This document shows, piece by piece, positions 47,125 to 64,000 of a stretch of 64,000 bases of DNA. The notes below the pieces were generated by a model. That model did not search any database. It had not been told where the DNA came from and saw nothing but the letters and a program-made list of their open reading frames with translations. The stretch spans positions 20,646,001 through 20,710,000 of the forward strand of contig CM022672.1 in NCBI GenBank assembly GCA_012295275.1, in the 5' to 3' direction. Source of the DNA: Chrysomallon squamiferum. Lineage: Eukaryota; Animalia; Mollusca. Position 1 is the first letter of the stretch; the number at the start of each line of letters is the position of its first letter. A program made the position numbers and the translations under genes.

Positions 47125-47443
47125 AGGTACTAGACCAATTTTCTGGTCTCCTTAGAGGCCTGAGGTATTCCGGATTTCTGGATTATCCGGTTTTCTGGTA
47201 CCAAGCAGCTAAATAGGTAAATAATTAGGCAAAAACATATTTTTAATTAACAACATAAAGAAAACTGACGATACACAACTGTCGCGACTCGACGCGTAAA
47301 CAATGCGGCGAGTGAATGAACGCCATGCGGCTTGAAAGAGTAGTTCTCATCTGGTGAGCACAACACCCGCGCGCGAACTATGAAAATAGCATCGGGAAAA
47401 ATCTTCCGGATTTCAGGACGCTGGATAATTGGTCCGGTACTTG
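47125..47443. mobile_element. MITE (~320 bp) with imperfect TIRs, specific to unit B
   Basis: Seen: left gtactagaccaattttctgg and right ctggataattggtccggtac are inverted, with TA nearby on both sides. The matching site in unit A (~13035-13045) is empty. Confidence 0.75.
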
Positions 47444-47512
47444 TAGTTCACATATATTTGCAATATTGTCTTAATATTAATTAAGAAAGAAATAAAATTA
47501 CATATTTATTTT

Positions 47513-47567
<55 letters not shown>

Positions 47568-48360
47568 GCTGCTACTGCTACTGCTACTGCTACTGCTACT
47601 ACTACTACTATGAATAATAATAACAATAACAGTAACAATAAAAAGTTCATAGAATTTTATGGTATAATTTAAAATAATTTCTTTGGTAATATAACGAAGA
47701 TTAATCGTGAGTATACTTAAAAGTAACTGTTTTTGTATTAAAATATGAAATAATAAACGGAGTACTACATTGATGTAATGATGAATAAGAATACAGAAGA
47801 TAGCCAGTTAAGAAGAAACAATAAGAAAATACAATATATATATATATATATATTTTTTTTTTAATGAGCCAAACAGAGGAAAAAAAATTAAAACATGGAA
47901 ATAGGAAATAAATGAGTAAACCAGAAAAGGAAAAATAATAATAAAAAACGTGATGAGAGAAGAATTAGAAGAATGGGAGCAAAATTAATTAAGCTAAATT
48001 AAAATTAAAATTCCGAATGCGTTGATTACAGAATTCTTTGAAAGATGACTGGAACAGGTGAGATAACGAGGAAAAAAGAAAGCACAATTAAACATTAAAA
48101 TATTGAAATAATAGATGCTAAATTTATTATATTTTTTCTCTGCAAGCAGATAGAATATATTATAGCTGGACTAATATTCAAGAGATTAATGCTCTATAAA
48201 TTAATTAAAATATACCAAGGATCCATGAAAGTTCTAACACGAACAGAAATAAAGAGAATTTATAATAATGTAAAATGTATGTATAAATAAATCAGTTAAT
48301 ATGTAAAATCATCAACATTTTGTAATTTGCAATTTATTTTAAAATTTAAATTTATTATTA

Positions 48361-48396
<36 letters not shown>

Positions 48397-50876
48397 TATA
48401 AAAAAATATTTTTCTTTTTTTTATCTTCACTCAATACAATGTTTATTCTTCAAACATTTAGTTTATTCTTCAAACATTTAAGGAAAAGTACTTAAATAAT
48501 TTATATGATAAATAAACCTTGGAACATTCTAAGACAAATTAAACAAAATTAAGGGGAATAATTCAAATAACCTTTAAGGGGAAAATATCCTAACTAAAAT
48601 TAATTATTTTGAACAGCAACTGCTGTGATTTGCTTCAAATCTAGTTTGTAATTAACATGTTTATTTTTTAAATAACATTTTGCCCAATTAAAAGATATTC
48701 TTTTGGGTAGAAAAAATAAAAGAAATGGAAAAGAACAGTTTTGTTTTCAGATAATCTTATTCTACACTTAATAATAACAATGTTTTTACTGGGTGTAAAG
48801 AAAAACACAATTTTTAAATGTTTTATAATAATTTTATTGAAAATATTAAAAAAATACATGTTATCTCTAGAGTATTATAATTAGTACAATAGCCAATGAT
48901 ATAAAAAAGATGAAAAAACAAGTATAACAAATGTAGCAGTATAAACATTATATCAGGGTGGATGATTAAAAAATAGTTAAATTTGAAATGATTAGATTAG
49001 TTTAAAATCTGACACTCTTTTAACAAGTTTACAGGTAACAACCTTAACTATGTGGTACATCACTGATATAAAGTATGAGTGTCTGAATTACATTCAAATC
49101 TGGTTTCATTTTGTATTTAAGTGGAATAAGTTGCTAAAAACAAAAAAGATTTAGACTGGGAAGTTTTCAAAAATTCATTTAAATTGTAATTTAATTTAAA
49201 TCAAAATGATTAAATCAGCCAACCTAGATATATTCCTGTTTTAACTACTTTTAATATCAACATAAAATACACAAGTTGTATTGCTAAATACTATTAGAAA
49301 TAAGTAAAATAACAACAAAAGAAAGCAAAAATATACATTTTTAAATACACTGATTAAAAAGAAAGTGAAGGAAATATGAACTAAATTCTAGTGTTGTATA
49401 ATAAAATGCAAAGATATTTGTTATAAATGGATAAAATAATACTAATATGTCTCATAATACAAATACGGACAAATTTTATCTGAGCAAGTTTAAAGTTGTA
49501 ATTTCCAATTAAGAACAACTTAGATGGATGCCAATGATTTTTTTTCACTTATTAAGAAATATTTTCATTTTCATTTTACAACAAACTGACTTATAATTCT
49601 TTTATTTGATTCAGTTCTGAGTATGTTCCTTCTGTATTTTTCACCATTGGGATTTTTTTCATTTGCCAAAAATTCTTTACTTTACATTTGCTTTACCATT
49701 GGTTGCCATTCTCATGGGGCCCTAACCAGTAGTCCAGTAGTGAACCTAAAAAATTTGTTCCCATCCATGCTAAGCCAATGTACAAGAAATATCATAAAAT
49801 TAATTCTGATAAAATGATAAAAAGTACCAAAACAAGTTTAATTGTATATTGGTATATATAAATTCAACATATATATATATATATATACAGAGTACATGAA
49901 TAAAATAAGAAATATCAATACAAGAATATATATATTAAAATGTACTACATAATACAGACTTAAAAAGACAATAAATTCATCATGGAGTTTGTTTGTAAAG
50001 ATTTTTTTTTTCTTTTCTTTTTTTGTTTTAATTTTCAGTTAAATAGTTACTAATATATTTTTATTAAAAATACACATGTTCTGGTAAGATAGTCTGTTCT
50101 TTTAACAATTTAAATTTTTAGACAAATTTGAATTGTCAGATGTTTTTATAGTACAAATACTGAGTTAAAACCTTTCTATTCTGTCTAACAAATGTCTATG
50201 AGCAACCAAATAAAAACACTTACTATAAATATAAAATAGGGTTCCACTTTTGAGAAATTGTTTCCTCTGACACTTTGATCCTGTCTCTCACATATTTAGA
50301 TTGAGATAATTTCTTATTTGTAGTCTAAACTTCATTTTCAATTCATAATACCAGTTATATTTTTTAAAGTCAATTACAGATTAATGAAAATATGTTTTCA
50401 CAAAAAAGTATTGAATTTTATTTCAACTTCACTTTAGTTGTTACTCTGTAGATGAATTTAAAATTTAACTTGAAATGAAAAACAAATCTTCCTTTATATA
50501 AAATGATACATAGTTTTAACCAATACAAAATATTTCTTATTCTTTGTTTTTTTCTCCCCTCAAACAATTGTTAGTTTATTACATCTCCTAGTTACAAAAC
50601 TGCTAAATGATTTGAAATATAAAATTTAAAAAATCTTTATTGAAATACAATTAAGCATTGTTTTAACTAATACAAAAACTTTCTTATAATATCTTTTTAT
50701 GTCCCCTAAAAAGGTTGTTATTTTGTTATTTTTCATGATTATAAAACTGCAGAATAATTCTAAATGAAATCTAAAATTAAAAAATCTTCTTTGATATAAA
50801 ATTATGCATGGTTTTAACTAATATAAAAGCTTTCTTAGACTGTCTATTTTTGTCTTCTCAGAAGATTATTATTTTA

Positions 50877-63505
<12,629 letters not shown>

Positions 63506-64000
63506 CTATAAATAAATAAATACATCAGTGTAATTTTGTGTGTGTAAAAAGGGGCGATCGTACAAAATGCTATAAAACATGTACGTAAATACGTTAGTGA
63601 ACGCATAAAGCAAAAACAAATACTACATCACAATTACATATAAATATTTATAATCAAAATCTTAAATAAAGGACACCAAACAGTCTGTTGCTATGGGCTG
63701 CGAAACGAGCAGCAATGTGAAAAATCGTAAAAAAAAATAGTTTATAAAAGCTGGTTATTATCCAGGTATTTTTTTTATTGATGACTAACTTAAACTTTAA
63801 TGTTCAGGTAAACTGTAATAGGACAATAGAGGGTGTGTTGCATCATGAACTTTATTTCAGTTTATGTTTTACGAATTGACAAACCAGTCTGCAAATAAAT
63901 CTTGTTAAACTGAAAAACTATATACATATATAATAAACTGTCATATCGAGTAAAACGATGTTTTTGCCAAAGCCATAATAAAAATTGGGACACTATCACA

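Overview
AT-rich, microsatellite-dense animal genomic DNA with spliceosomal introns, probably lophotrochozoan or molluscan (inference). It holds four main things. (1) A complete 3-exon Vax homeobox gene on the minus strand (592-7743). (2) A tandem array of an unusual receptor tyrosine kinase-like gene on the minus strand: copy A complete (22 coding exons, 18113-37875, ~1243 aa), copy B with exons 2-22 (50877-63505, exon 1 beyond the window), and an older deleted relic C (44368-46201). An inverted relic of exon 1/intron 1 (38436-44035) sits head-to-head with copy A. The reconstructed protein is signal peptide - EMI - 2xEGF - ~600 aa unassigned region - FN3 - TM - tyrosine kinase fold. The kinase has HRD->HRK, DFG->GFG and no alphaC Glu in all copies, so it is a predicted pseudokinase. 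(3) Paralogs A and B are nearly identical in the kinase but heavily substituted in the EMI/EGF tip and one ectodomain loop, and each carries a different frame lesion that would remove the kinase. (4) A decayed DDE DNA transposon in intron 1 of copy A, plus MITEs, a 29-bp minisatellite and many microsatellites. Exon boundaries and substitution counts were worked out by hand and may be off by a few bases or residues.
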